In this document: piece by piece, positions 19,475 through 27,990 of the stretch
Layout: every line of letters starts with the position of its first letter
How positions within the stretch are numbered: the first letter of the stretch is position 1
Assembly (NCBI GenBank): GCA_044342325.1
Contig: JBIIPZ010000005.1
Location: forward strand, 34,002-98,001
Length of the DNA: 64,000 nucleotides
DNA from: Terrimicrobiaceae bacterium
GTDB lineage: Bacteria; Verrucomicrobiota; Verrucomicrobiia; Chthoniobacterales; Terrimicrobiaceae
Reading direction: 5' to 3'
Translations under genes and position numbers: made by a program
The notes under the pieces: generated by a model
What the model saw: the letters and a program-made list of their open reading frames with translations, nothing else
What the model was told of the DNA's origin: nothing
Database searches by the model: none

Positions 19475-19546
19475 ATTGCTACAGTTAAAATGAATGCTTC
19501 CCAAGAGCAAACATTTATGCGCGTGCAAGGAATTTCGAAGACATTT

Positions 19547-19693
19547 CGGGGACCCTGGCGCTCCAGCGCATTGGAGATGGTCATCATCTTGCATGACCCA
19601 TTTTTCAGCCGCTCTCCGGCTCGTAGAGCCTACGGGTCGGAGAGCAGCGGTGCCAGAGGGGGGCATGGTCGTCTCGACCGCGCAGACGCGAGG
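19547..19693 (+). repeat. Composite REP-like repeat, copy C
   Basis: GGCGCTCCAGCGCATTGG...GTCATCATCTTGCATGACCCATTTTTCAGCCGCTCTCCGGCTCGTAGAGCCTACGGGTCGGAGAGCAGCGG...GGGCATGGTCGTCTCGACCG. Confidence 0.85.
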
Positions 19694-19702
19694 GCGGAGG
19701 GA

Positions 19703-19798
19703 TCACGCGGAGGCACCAACGCGCGGAGGGGGAGTCTGAGCGGAAATGTTGACCGGAAATTCTGAAAATACTCCGCGTTCCCCGTGGCTCTGTGAGAG
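19703..19798. repeat. MITE-like element, shorter sibling of 18695-18872
   Basis: TCACGCGGAGGCACCAACGCGCGGAG ... TCTGAAAATACTCCGCGTTCCCGTGGCTCTGTGAGAG. Confidence 0.65.
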
Positions 19799-19851
19799 GG
19801 AAAATGCGGAGGGTAGTGGGCTCACGCGTAGGCAAAGATGGAAAAAATCTC

Positions 19852-19879
19852 TTGATCGTATATTTTTTAAATATACATT
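19852..19879 (+). promoter_or_regulatory. Putative brnTA promoter with overlapping palindromic operator
   Basis: TTGATC-N16-TACATT enclosing the inverted repeat GTATATTT-ttt-AAATATAC (19858-19876), a few bases before the start codon. Confidence 0.55.
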
Positions 19880-19885
19880 GATAGG

Positions 19886-20185
19886 GTGATTGATTGGTCA
19901 CAGATCGTCGGTTTTGAATGGGATTCCGGAAATGCCTTAAAGAGTGTCGATAAGCACGGGGTCTCCTGCGATGAGGCGGAATCTCTTTTTGCCGAAGATG
20001 AAATCCTCGTTCTCAAGGACGAGCTACACTCTCAAACCGAGGAGCGGTGGCATGCTTTCGGTCGATCCAATCAAGAGCGACTTCTGAGCATCACATTTAC
20101 AGTTCGCGAAAATTTGTTGCGTGTGATTTCGGCAAGGCCGATGAACAAGAAAGAAAGGAAACACTATGCGTTCGATCAAAAATAA
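19886..20185 (+). CDS. brnT: BrnT-family toxin
   Basis: FEWDSGNALKSVDKHGVS...HSQTEERW...LRVISARPMNKKER. Confidence 0.92.
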   Translation: MIDWSQIVGFEWDSGNALKSVDKHGVSCDEAESLFAEDEILVLKDELHSQTEERWHAFGRSNQERLLSITFTVRENLLRVISARPMNKKERKHYAFDQK

Positions 20186-20396
20186 GCAGGTCGTTCGGGA
20201 AGATGGCACGAGCACCGACCATTTGGATTTGTCCAAGGCGGTGCGTGTCTCGATGCCGAATTTGAAATTTTCCACTGAAACCATTTCCCTGCGGATGCCG
20301 GTGGCATTGCTAAACACCATCCGGCAGGAGGCCAATCGTCAGGACATCCCCTACCAAAGCCTGATCAAAATGAGCTTGGCTGATAAGTTTAGCTGA
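20166..20396 (+). CDS. brnA: BrnA/CopG-type antitoxin
   Basis: PNLKFSTETISLRMP...IPYQSLIK ribbon-helix-helix; overlaps brnT. Confidence 0.85.
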   Translation: MRSIKNKQVVREDGTSTDHLDLSKAVRVSMPNLKFSTETISLRMPVALLNTIRQEANRQDIPYQSLIKMSLADKFS

Positions 20397-20532
20397 AGAC
20401 TGCGGTCCTTCTCGGCCCTGAGTGGACGGTCAGTTCCTCTCAATCCTGCTGATCCTGTCATCCTGTCTAAATGCGGTTTTGGGTTAATTTCCGCTGGAAA
20501 ATCATGCCGTGGTGTATTAGAGAAGAGAATCA

Positions 20533-20733
20533 ATGAGTTCTCAAACCTTGCTCTCGGAAATCGAAAGCGCCCCGGAGGAAATCCGGCGCGAGGTTTGGGA
20601 TTTTTTGAAGTTCTTGAAAAGCCGACAGGCTGCGGGACCAGAAAGGGAGGATTCCCTGCTGCCTCTGGCTCAAACGGCGTGGGGCCCTGATTGGAACTCG
20701 GCCGAGGAGGACGAGGCATGGAAGGACTTGTAG
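20533..20733 (+). CDS. DUF2281-family putative antitoxin
   Basis: IESAPEEIRREVWDFLKFLK...DWNSAEEDEAWKDL. Confidence 0.8.
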   Translation: MSSQTLLSEIESAPEEIRREVWDFLKFLKSRQAAGPEREDSLLPLAQTAWGPDWNSAEEDEAWKDL

Positions 20734-21059
20734 CGGGCGATGCGGTGACCGTGCCGTTCCCTTTTACGGATTTCAGTAGCCAAAAGGTTCGCCCCGCTCT
20801 GATCCTGGCTGTGTTGGATCGCGGGGATGTGCAGCTTTGCCAAATCACTAGCCAACCTCTGACGCATAAAAACGCGATACCTGTCTACGGATCAGATTTT
20901 TTCGCCTGAGGATTGCCGAAGCAAAGTTTCCTTTTGCCCCATAGGCTGGTCACTGCCAGTAGCAGCATCGTTCGCCGGGTGGCAGGCCAGCTCACGGAAA
21001 TCTGCCAAGCTGTTTGCGCCGTGGTGCGTGGAGAGCTCGGCAACGCCCAGAAAGGGTAG
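20718..21059 (+). pseudogene. PemK/MazF-family toxin interrupted by an in-frame TGA (20907-20909)
   Basis: GDAVTVPFPFTDFSSQKVRPAL...CQITS; after the stop the same frame continues GLPKQSFLLPHRLVTASSSIVRRVAGQL to TAG 21059. Confidence 0.8.
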
Positions 21060-21130
21060 AAGTCTCCAGCGGGTGGATTGGTTCTAGCTGGCGAGGGTGT
21101 CTGAAAGTGGTTCCGAGCAGGTTGTGGCTG

Positions 21131-21367
21131 ATATTTGGGCCATGCCGGAGGATGGGCCCTCCCATGGTTTCGCGCTCCAACGCGTTGGGTGATCGTTTCG
21201 CATGACCCATTTCTCAGCCGCCCTCCGGCTCGTAGAGCCTACGGGTCGGAGAGCAGCGGCGTCCGAGTGGGGCATGGTCGTCCCGACCGTGCGGACGCGG
21301 AGCTTGGTTTGTCAGCGGTGAAGCTGCCAAGCAAGTGTCTTTTACGGTCGGGACGGCCGTGCCCCCT
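21131..21367 (+). repeat. Composite REP-like repeat, copy D, with flanking hairpin units
   Basis: GGGCCATGCCGGAGGATGGGCCCTCCC unit, core 21173-21300 as in copies B and C, and an inverted ACGGTCGGGACGGCCGTGCCCCC unit near 21344-21366. Confidence 0.85.
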
Positions 21368-21435
21368 TGGGGAAGCAGCAGGAAATTACCCGGTGAGGTC
21401 TTGAAAAGTGAATTTATGAGGCACGCATTCGACGC

Positions 21436-21769
21436 ATGCAGTTGGAATTCGACCCGGCCAAGGAAGCTGCCAATTTGGCCAAGCACGGCGTGGATTTTTC
21501 CACGGTCCTGCGGGTTTTTGAAGAACCCGATCCCAGCATGATTAACCACAGAGGACACAGAGATCACTGAGAATGAGTTTTTTGCAATTTCACTTAATTC
21601 CAGTGGCTTGTTCAATTCCCAAAACCCTTCAGACATTCCTGTCCCTCCTGATCCTCCTGTCATCCTGTCCAAAATCTTTTTGCGGGTTGCGAATCCCAAG
21701 CGCGTGATCGGTGCTGGATACTGGAGGAAGCAGAAGAGCGCCTATGAAAACCAAAAGCAAAAAACTTAA
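21436..21769 (+). pseudogene. Disrupted BrnT-family toxin (N- and C-terminal remnants)
   Basis: 21436-21540 reads MQLEFDPAKEAANLAKHGVDFSTVLRVFEEP; 21701-21769 reads RVIGAGYWRKQKSAYENQ*; the middle is occupied by 9-bp-periodic repeat DNA. Confidence 0.72.
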
Positions 21770-22061
21770 CTACACAGCAGAACCCGCTGGTGAGGGGTGG
21801 AAATTCGCGGCGGGGTCTGCCCTGGATCGCGATCAGCAAATGGCCTTGGGAATCCCGGAGCCCTCTGTAGCCGCGAAGATGAAAGTCGTGCGGAAGCCGG
21901 CCCGACCAGCACGCATCAACATCCGCACCACGCATGAGACCATTGCCGGTTTACGGGCGCGGGCAGAGGAAGCCGGGCTACCCTACCAGACGCTGGCCGC
22001 CAGCGTGTTGCACATGGTCGCCAAGGGGGAGTTGAAGTTGTCTCTGGCGCGCGTGGGGTGA
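21744..22061 (+). CDS. CopG/BrnA-like antitoxin
   Basis: RINIRTTHETIAGLRARAEEAGLPYQTLAASVLH; start overlaps the toxin remnant end. Confidence 0.8.
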   Translation: MKTKSKKLNYTAEPAGEGWKFAAGSALDRDQQMALGIPEPSVAAKMKVVRKPARPARINIRTTHETIAGLRARAEEAGLPYQTLAASVLHMVAKGELKLSLARVG

Positions 22062-22085
22062 TGGCCGAAGGGACAGGAAAAGAGA

Positions 22086-22271
22086 GGGGCATGGTCGTCT
22101 CGACCGTGCGGATGCGTGGCCTGAGGAGGATGCCGGCATTATAAGCGAAAACGTTTGTTCGTCTCTCTGTGTAAGAGCTTTTCGTTATGCGGTGCATGCC
22201 GCGTCTGACGCTTGGAGTCTTGGTGACTCGCGGAGGTTCAAATTTGGGTCAGGCGAGGACGCTGACCCGCC
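22086..22271. repeat. Partial composite repeat (copy E) and REP-like hairpin
   Basis: GGGGCATGGTCGTCTCGACCGTGCGGATGCG (22086-22116); GGGTCAGGCGAGGACGCTGACCCGCC (22246-22271). Confidence 0.65.
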
Positions 22272-22294
22272 AAGTGGGTTGGCGCGCAGGTTTT

Positions 22295-23737
22295 TTAGAG
22301 GGCTCCGGCGCGGAGGTGGGTGAAGGCGGGGCCGAGGTGGGTGGGGATGTCCGAGGCGGTGAGGGATTCTTGCGAGGCGGGGCCGTCGCGGAGGGCGAGT
22401 TCGGCGGCGTGTCCGCAGAGCCAGGCGGCGAGTTTTGCGCATTGGAGAGGGGATTTTCCTTGGGCGAGGAGTGCGGCGGCGACGCCGGTGAGGACATCGC
22501 CCATGCCACCGGTGGCCATGCCGGGATGACCTGTGGGGTTGTAGGCGGAAGGGGTTCCGCGTTCGCCGATGAGGGTGCGCGCGCCTTTGAGCAGGAGGGT
22601 AACGGGATACTCGCCGACAAAGGCCTCGAGCCACTCGCGACGGGTGCGGGATTTTTGCGGAAAGAGGCGCTCCATCTCGAGGGGGTGCGGCGTGAGGAGG
22701 CGCGGGGCGGGGTTGTTTTTCAGGCAGGCGGAGTCGGAAGAAATGGCATTCAGCGCATCGGCGTCGATGACGCAAGGCGCGGGGCATTCGAAAAGGAAGG
22801 CGCGGACCATTTCGTCGCGCTCGCGTCCAAGTCCAGGCCCGATGGCGACGGCGTCGAATTTTTGATCGAGGATTTCACACAAGTCGGTCACGGGACTGAC
22901 CATGACCTCTGGAATGACGGCCGAGGAGAGGACGGGTGCGATATCCGGGGGAACGAAGAGGGTCACCAGTCCGGCGCCGGCCTTCACAGCGGCGGCTGAG
23001 CAGAGGCGTGCCGCGCCGGGGTATTTCTGGCTGCCGGCGATCACGGCGACACGGCCGCATTGGCCCTTGTGGGTGTCGAAGCCGCGCGGAGGAAGAAGGC
23101 TGCGGAGATCGGTGGCTTGAAGAATCTCCGCCTTGTCGGCATCCGAAGGCGCACACACGCCTGGCAGCGGAATCACAGCCAACCTGCCGACGAAATGCGT
23201 GGCGACATCCGCCACGAGTTGGGTTTTCGCGAAGCCAATGGCGGCGGTGGCGTCTGCTTGAACGCAGACTTCGGAACCGAGGCCGCTGGGGATGTCCAAC
23301 GTCAGAACCCATGCGGCTTCGGTGGCGCGCAGGGCATTGATGCGACGAATCGCCGTGGCGACGGGCTCGCGGGGTTCGCCGGAGGCTCCGATGCCGAGGA
23401 GGCCATCGAGAACAACGAGCGGTCCGACGGCTTCGGGACGGGTTTTCCAGATGCGGCCGAGTTGTTTCGCGGTGAGCGGAGCGAGGTCGGAATCGGGGAA
23501 TATTTTTTGGAGTTCGATAGACCAGCCGGCCTCGGCGAGGTAGCGGGCGACCACGAGCGCATCGCCGCCGTTGTGGCCTTTTCCAAAAAACACCACACAC
23601 CGGCCGGGCCTCGGATGAAACTGGCGCACGAGGCGGGCTGCTTCGCGGCCTGCGATTTCCATGAGGCTCTCCGCCGTGGCTCCGGCGGAGAAGGCGATCT
23701 TCTCCGCTTCGAGCATCTGGGTGGCGGAGACGATCAT
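22295..23737 (-). CDS. nnr: Bifunctional NAD(P)H-hydrate epimerase/dehydratase (YjeF/Nnr)
   Basis: LMEIAG, GKGHNGGD, DIPSG, HKGQCG, GPGLG, DADAL, TPHPLE, GGMGDVL. Confidence 0.93.
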   Translation of the reverse strand: MIVSATQMLEAEKIAFSAGATAESLMEIAGREAARLVRQFHPRPGRCVVFFGKGHNGGDALVVARYLAEAGWSIELQKIFPDSDLAPLTAKQLGRIWKTRPEAVGPLVVLDGLLGIGASGEPREPVATAIRRINALRATEAAWVLTLDIPSGLGSEVCVQADATAAIGFAKTQLVADVATHFVGRLAVIPLPGVCAPSDADKAEILQATDLRSLLPPRGFDTHKGQCGRVAVIAGSQKYPGAARLCSAAAVKAGAGLVTLFVPPDIAPVLSSAVIPEVMVSPVTDLCEILDQKFDAVAIGPGLGRERDEMVRAFLFECPAPCVIDADALNAISSDSACLKNNPAPRLLTPHPLEMERLFPQKSRTRREWLEAFVGEYPVTLLLKGARTLIGERGTPSAYNPTGHPGMATGGMGDVLTGVAAALLAQGKSPLQCAKLAAWLCGHAAELALRDGPASQESLTASDIPTHLGPAFTHLRAGAL

Positions 23738-23741
23738 GACA

Positions 23742-24881
23742 TCAGGCGAAGAACGACTTGATACGGTCGTAGAAACTGGTGTGGATCGGGTTGTTCTCCT
23801 CGCCGCACAGCTCGGCGAAACGCTCGAGGGCTTCACGCTGTGCGGAGTCGAGGCGCGTGGGGACTTCGACCTGCACATAGGTGAGAATGTCACCTTTTGC
23901 CAAGCCTTGAAGCGCGGGCATTCCGAGACCGCGAATGCGGAAGGTCGATCCACTCTGTGTGCCGGCGGGGATTTTGAGACTCACAGCACCATCCAAGGTC
24001 GGCACGCGGATTTCGCCACCGAGCGCGGCTGTCGTGAAGGGAATCGGCACCTCGCAGGCGAGATCCATGCCATTGCGGGTAAAAACTTCGTGCTCCTTGA
24101 TATGAACCACCACATAGAGGTCGCCGGAGGCCCCACCGCGAAGTCCGGCCTCGCCGCCGCCCGTGCTGCGCAAGCGGGAGTCGCTGTCGATGCCGGCGGG
24201 GATTTTGATTTTGACGCGGCTTGTTTTTTCGACCCGGCCCTCGCCTTGGCAGGATGGGCAGGGTTTCTCGATGATGCGCCCCGAGCCGTGGCAGGCTGGG
24301 CAGGTCTGCGCGACTTGGAAAAAGCCGCGCGAGGCGACGACTTGGCCGCGGCCGCGGCAAGTCGGGCAGGTGACGGCCTTACTGCCTTTCTGCGCGCCGG
24401 AGCCGGTGCATGGCTCGCAGGCATCGAGCTTGCGAATCTCGATTTCCTTTTCGCAACCTTTGGCAGCCTCCTCGAGCGTGATCTGCATGTCATAGCGCAG
24501 GTCGGATCCCCGCTGGCGGCCAGAGGAATCCACTCCACCGCCACCGCCGCCGAAAAATTGCTCAAACACTCCGCCACCACCACCGCCACTGAAGACTTCT
24601 TTGAAAAGGTCGAACGGATCGTGGAATCCACCGCCACCGCCGCCCATGCCATTTTGAAAAGCAGCGTGTCCGTAGCGGTCGTAGGCGGCGCGCTTATTCG
24701 GGTCGCTGAGGGCCTCGTAGGCCTCACCGAGTTCTTTGAATTTCTCCTCCGCCTCGTGATCGCCGGGGTTTTTGTCCGGATGATATTTGACGGCCAGCTT
24801 GCGGTAGGCGCGCTTCAAATCCTCCTCGCCGATATTGCGATCGACGCCGAGCACTTCGTAGTAGTCCCGCTTTTTGCTCAT
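23742..24881 (-). CDS. dnaJ: Chaperone DnaJ
   Basis: J-domain HPD, G/F-rich region, four CxxCxGxG motifs. Confidence 0.98.
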   Translation of the reverse strand: MSKKRDYYEVLGVDRNIGEEDLKRAYRKLAVKYHPDKNPGDHEAEEKFKELGEAYEALSDPNKRAAYDRYGHAAFQNGMGGGGGGFHDPFDLFKEVFSGGGGGGVFEQFFGGGGGGVDSSGRQRGSDLRYDMQITLEEAAKGCEKEIEIRKLDACEPCTGSGAQKGSKAVTCPTCRGRGQVVASRGFFQVAQTCPACHGSGRIIEKPCPSCQGEGRVEKTSRVKIKIPAGIDSDSRLRSTGGGEAGLRGGASGDLYVVVHIKEHEVFTRNGMDLACEVPIPFTTAALGGEIRVPTLDGAVSLKIPAGTQSGSTFRIRGLGMPALQGLAKGDILTYVQVEVPTRLDSAQREALERFAELCGEENNPIHTSFYDRIKSFFA

Positions 24882-25411
24882 TGTGCGCCCTTGGAAACAA
24901 TCACAGATGCCGCGCGGAGGAGTCGGTCTTTGAGTTTGTAGCCCTTGCGGACTTGGCGGATCACTTGTCCTTCCGGCACCTCGGCGCTGAACTCCTGAGA
25001 CACGGCGTCGTGCTTGTTGGGATCAAACGCCTCGCCGTCGGTGGGCACTTCCTCGAGTCCCTGACTGCGGATGAAATCCTGGAGCTGGCGTTGGACCATG
25101 GACATCCCTTGCAAGACAGAAGCGGCATCGGTCGCGTTGCGGGCGGCATCGAGGCCGAGTTCGAAATTGTCGATGACGGGAAGCAGTTTTTCGAGCAGGC
25201 CGTTGTTCGCATAGCGGATGGCGTCCTCTTTTTCGCGGAGCGAGCGCTTGCGGAAATTGTCGAGGTCGGCGCGGGCGCGGAGGGCGAGGTCCTTGAGCTT
25301 GGCGGCTTCGGCCTGAAAGTCCACCTCGGCAATTTCGCCATCGGGCGTCGCATCAGGTGCGGCCTCCAGCACTTGGTCGTCAAGGGGATCGGATTCGTTG
25401 GAAGTGTTCAT
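24878..25411 (-). CDS. grpE: Nucleotide exchange factor GrpE
   Basis: [40 protein letters not shown]. Confidence 0.97.
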   Translation of the reverse strand: MNTSNESDPLDDQVLEAAPDATPDGEIAEVDFQAEAAKLKDLALRARADLDNFRKRSLREKEDAIRYANNGLLEKLLPVIDNFELGLDAARNATDAASVLQGMSMVQRQLQDFIRSQGLEEVPTDGEAFDPNKHDAVSQEFSAEVPEGQVIRQVRKGYKLKDRLLRAASVIVSKGAQ

Positions 25412-26820
25412 TTTTTTGATATGGCGATGAGTGTGAAGTCGTCGTGCTTGAAGTCTGCGCCGGTGAGGTTTTTAACATCCTCCGCGACATGCCGGACGAC
25501 GCCAGCAGCCCCGTGCGGTGCGCTCGAGCGGAGGGCTTCGATCAGGCGTTCAATACCGTATTCAAGACCCTCGTGATTCATGGCTTCCGTGGCACCGTCG
25601 GTATAGAGCAAAATGCAGTCACCGGCCTCCATCACAAGACTCAAATCGGCGCAAACTCTATTGAAGACCTCGCCGCTGTCAATCCCGAGGGCCATGCCTT
25701 TGGGGCTGAGTTTTTCAACGGCGCCTGTGGCCGCACGATAGAGCAACGGAGCATCGTGCCCGGCCCGGGCGAGCGTGACCCGCCCTGCCGCGCCATCGAG
25801 AATCAGGTAAGCCATGCTGATAAACATGTCCTCTTTGATGTCAGGGTAGAGTTGGGCGTTCACCCGACGGAGGACATCCGAGGCAGCGGCTGCGGCAGTG
25901 GCCTCGCGACGCAACACGCCGCGGCACATGGCCATGATCAGCGAAGCCGGAACACCTTTGCCGGAAACATCGGCGATGGCCACACCAAGCCGGTCGGCCC
26001 CGAGCGGGATGTAATCGAAATAATCCCCGCTCACATGCCGAGCGGCGAGGCTCACAGCGCTGAGTTCGTAGCCGGGGAAAACGGGATCCGCCTCGGGAAG
26101 CAGAATGCGCTGGATGTCGCGGGCGATTTCCAGATCGCGGTCGAGGAGTTTTTTTTCGCCCGCCTCGAGATAGATCGCTTCGTTGTAGAGCGCGAACGCA
26201 CTCTGCTCGGCGAGGGCGCGGAAGACCTTGAGATCTTTCTCTTCAAAGGCGACGGCCGACTTCGGATTGACCAGCGCCATGACTCCAATCGTGCGGTGCC
26301 TGTAAACAAGTGGTCCAAGAATGGCAGAATGCGCAGGGAGCTGCGGGTCACTCCCGGCCGCGATCAAGCGTGTCGCGCCATTTTTCCAGCACTCCGGAAA
26401 AAGGCCGACGGCATCCTTGCCGACCGGTTGGAGCTGAAGAAAACTTTCGATCACGGCGGGGTTCGATGCAGCCTGCGTGAGGATATGCTGAGGAATCTCG
26501 ACCAGCGGGGGGCATCCGCTGGTGATGAAGGCCGGTGTGAGCGCGGTGTCGGTTTTATTTGTGAGGTAAAGAGCTCCCGACTGGGCATCCAGGATCCGCA
26601 GCGAACTCTCAACGATGAGCCGGTGCAGTTCCGAACTGCGAACGCCCTCGGAGAAGGCCGCGCCTATTCCATGCAGGAAATCGAAAACCCGGTCTTCCTC
26701 CTTCTGCAATTCCTGAAGCCGCCGCTCCAACCCGCGCACCCGATTCCTGCTTTTGCGCATGGCAAAAAGGACTGCGGCGAACAGCAAAGCGCAGAGTGCA
26801 AGAATGAAAATCGTCCACAT
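25408..26820 (-). CDS. Membrane-anchored GAF + SpoIIE/RsbU (PP2C) phosphatase
   Basis: N-terminal TM, GAF-like middle, VSGDYFD, ADVSGKG, AGH, YTDG, DDFT. Confidence 0.9.
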   Translation of the reverse strand: MWTIFILALCALLFAAVLFAMRKSRNRVRGLERRLQELQKEEDRVFDFLHGIGAAFSEGVRSSELHRLIVESSLRILDAQSGALYLTNKTDTALTPAFITSGCPPLVEIPQHILTQAASNPAVIESFLQLQPVGKDAVGLFPECWKNGATRLIAAGSDPQLPAHSAILGPLVYRHRTIGVMALVNPKSAVAFEEKDLKVFRALAEQSAFALYNEAIYLEAGEKKLLDRDLEIARDIQRILLPEADPVFPGYELSAVSLAARHVSGDYFDYIPLGADRLGVAIADVSGKGVPASLIMAMCRGVLRREATAAAAASDVLRRVNAQLYPDIKEDMFISMAYLILDGAAGRVTLARAGHDAPLLYRAATGAVEKLSPKGMALGIDSGEVFNRVCADLSLVMEAGDCILLYTDGATEAMNHEGLEYGIERLIEALRSSAPHGAAGVVRHVAEDVKNLTGADFKHDDFTLIAISKK

Positions 26821-26878
26821 GAAGTGTTGAGCCGACTACCTTCCCGAAAGCCGCCCCGCCAATCAAGAGCGATTAATT

Positions 26879-27388
26879 CTAAGGCGAGGGTTCGCCTTCC
26901 GTAATTTCCTGGCGCAGATACTCAATCACATCCTGGAAACGAACAGCATTCCGCGGGTCGGCATCGATCAAGGCCTCATGGGCTTCAAGGATTGCGATCC
27001 TTTGCTCCTCCGGCGCGAGTCCAGGTATGCCGGCCTTTTGAAGAGCGGGAGGCAGCGAAGGAGAGGGCTCGGGTTCGACTTGGAAGAGATGATCCAGACC
27101 AAGGCCCTCAAGAAGCGAGAAATTGCGGGCGTTGGCTCTTACGACGCGGAGCAGCCCGCTTTCCAAATCGCGGAGGCTGAAGGCCACGGAAGCCAGGGTG
27201 CCCATGAAAGTCGAGTCCATGAGTTCGCACTTTTCGAGATCCAGAACAAACTCATTGTTGCCCTTTGAGATCATGCGCTGGACGAAATCCTTCACGCACT
27301 TTGAGTTCTCAAAGGTGCCTCGCCCCTCAAGCTTCATCCAGACAATGCCATTTTCGCTGCCGACGAGGATGGATGATGATTTACTCAC
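26879..27388 (-). CDS. STAS-domain anti-anti-sigma factor
   Basis: LDLEKCELMDSTFMGTL phosphoacceptor motif. Confidence 0.88.
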   Translation of the reverse strand: MSKSSSILVGSENGIVWMKLEGRGTFENSKCVKDFVQRMISKGNNEFVLDLEKCELMDSTFMGTLASVAFSLRDLESGLLRVVRANARNFSLLEGLGLDHLFQVEPEPSPSLPPALQKAGIPGLAPEEQRIAILEAHEALIDADPRNAVRFQDVIEYLRQEITEGEPSP

Positions 27389-27438
27389 AAAATACAGAAG
27401 GAATTTAATGCCGAAGAAAACGGAATGTCAAACTGGCA

Positions 27439-27960
27439 CTACCTCCACATGTAGGACTGGCTGAGCGCCACAATGCGGCCCTCGACTATCAGCAGAACGC
27501 GCCAGGCGGTGACGCGTCCGTTTTCCAAAAATTCGTCTCCGGTGACTTCGAATGTCGAACGGTGCGACCCGAACGCGTCAGGGTAGGAGCGCTCTTTGGC
27601 CATGACATAGTTACCCAAGCCTGCCTGCCTGTATTCCAAGCGGAGGGTCACATCCGACCGCGTCGAGTTGCGCCAGAAAATCGTGTAGTAATTTCCATGA
27701 CGCTGCGCCATCTCGGTGGAATCCACCACGCCGAACGAGCGGCGGGCGCGCTCGAAATTGATCATGTCGTTCTTCGTCTCAATCTCGACATACTCTGGAT
27801 CGAAGGATGAAGTCAGGATTTTGCGGAACTGGTAGGCATCGTCGATCGCAAGAGGCAGCACATTGGCCTTCGGCAATCGGGTGGCAGGGCCTTCCGGGAC
27901 GGAGCAGCCTGCCAAGAGGGTCAAAACAACCAAGCTGGAAAGCAGGGTGAGGCGGATCAT
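27439..27960 (-). CDS. Hypothetical lipoprotein
   Basis: Lipobox LLAGC after a hydrophobic leader; ends VTAWRV...SYMWR. Confidence 0.75.
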   Translation of the reverse strand: MIRLTLLSSLVVLTLLAGCSVPEGPATRLPKANVLPLAIDDAYQFRKILTSSFDPEYVEIETKNDMINFERARRSFGVVDSTEMAQRHGNYYTIFWRNSTRSDVTLRLEYRQAGLGNYVMAKERSYPDAFGSHRSTFEVTGDEFLENGRVTAWRVLLIVEGRIVALSQSYMWR

Positions 27961-27990
27961 TGGCGCAGAGCAAAGCGGGTTTGAGCGGGA

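Noticed and set aside
486..22116. CRISPR array or integron attC array
   Set aside because: Repeats are over 100 bp, irregularly spaced by whole genes, and lack RYYYAAC/GTTRRRY ends; no cas or intI gene is in the window.
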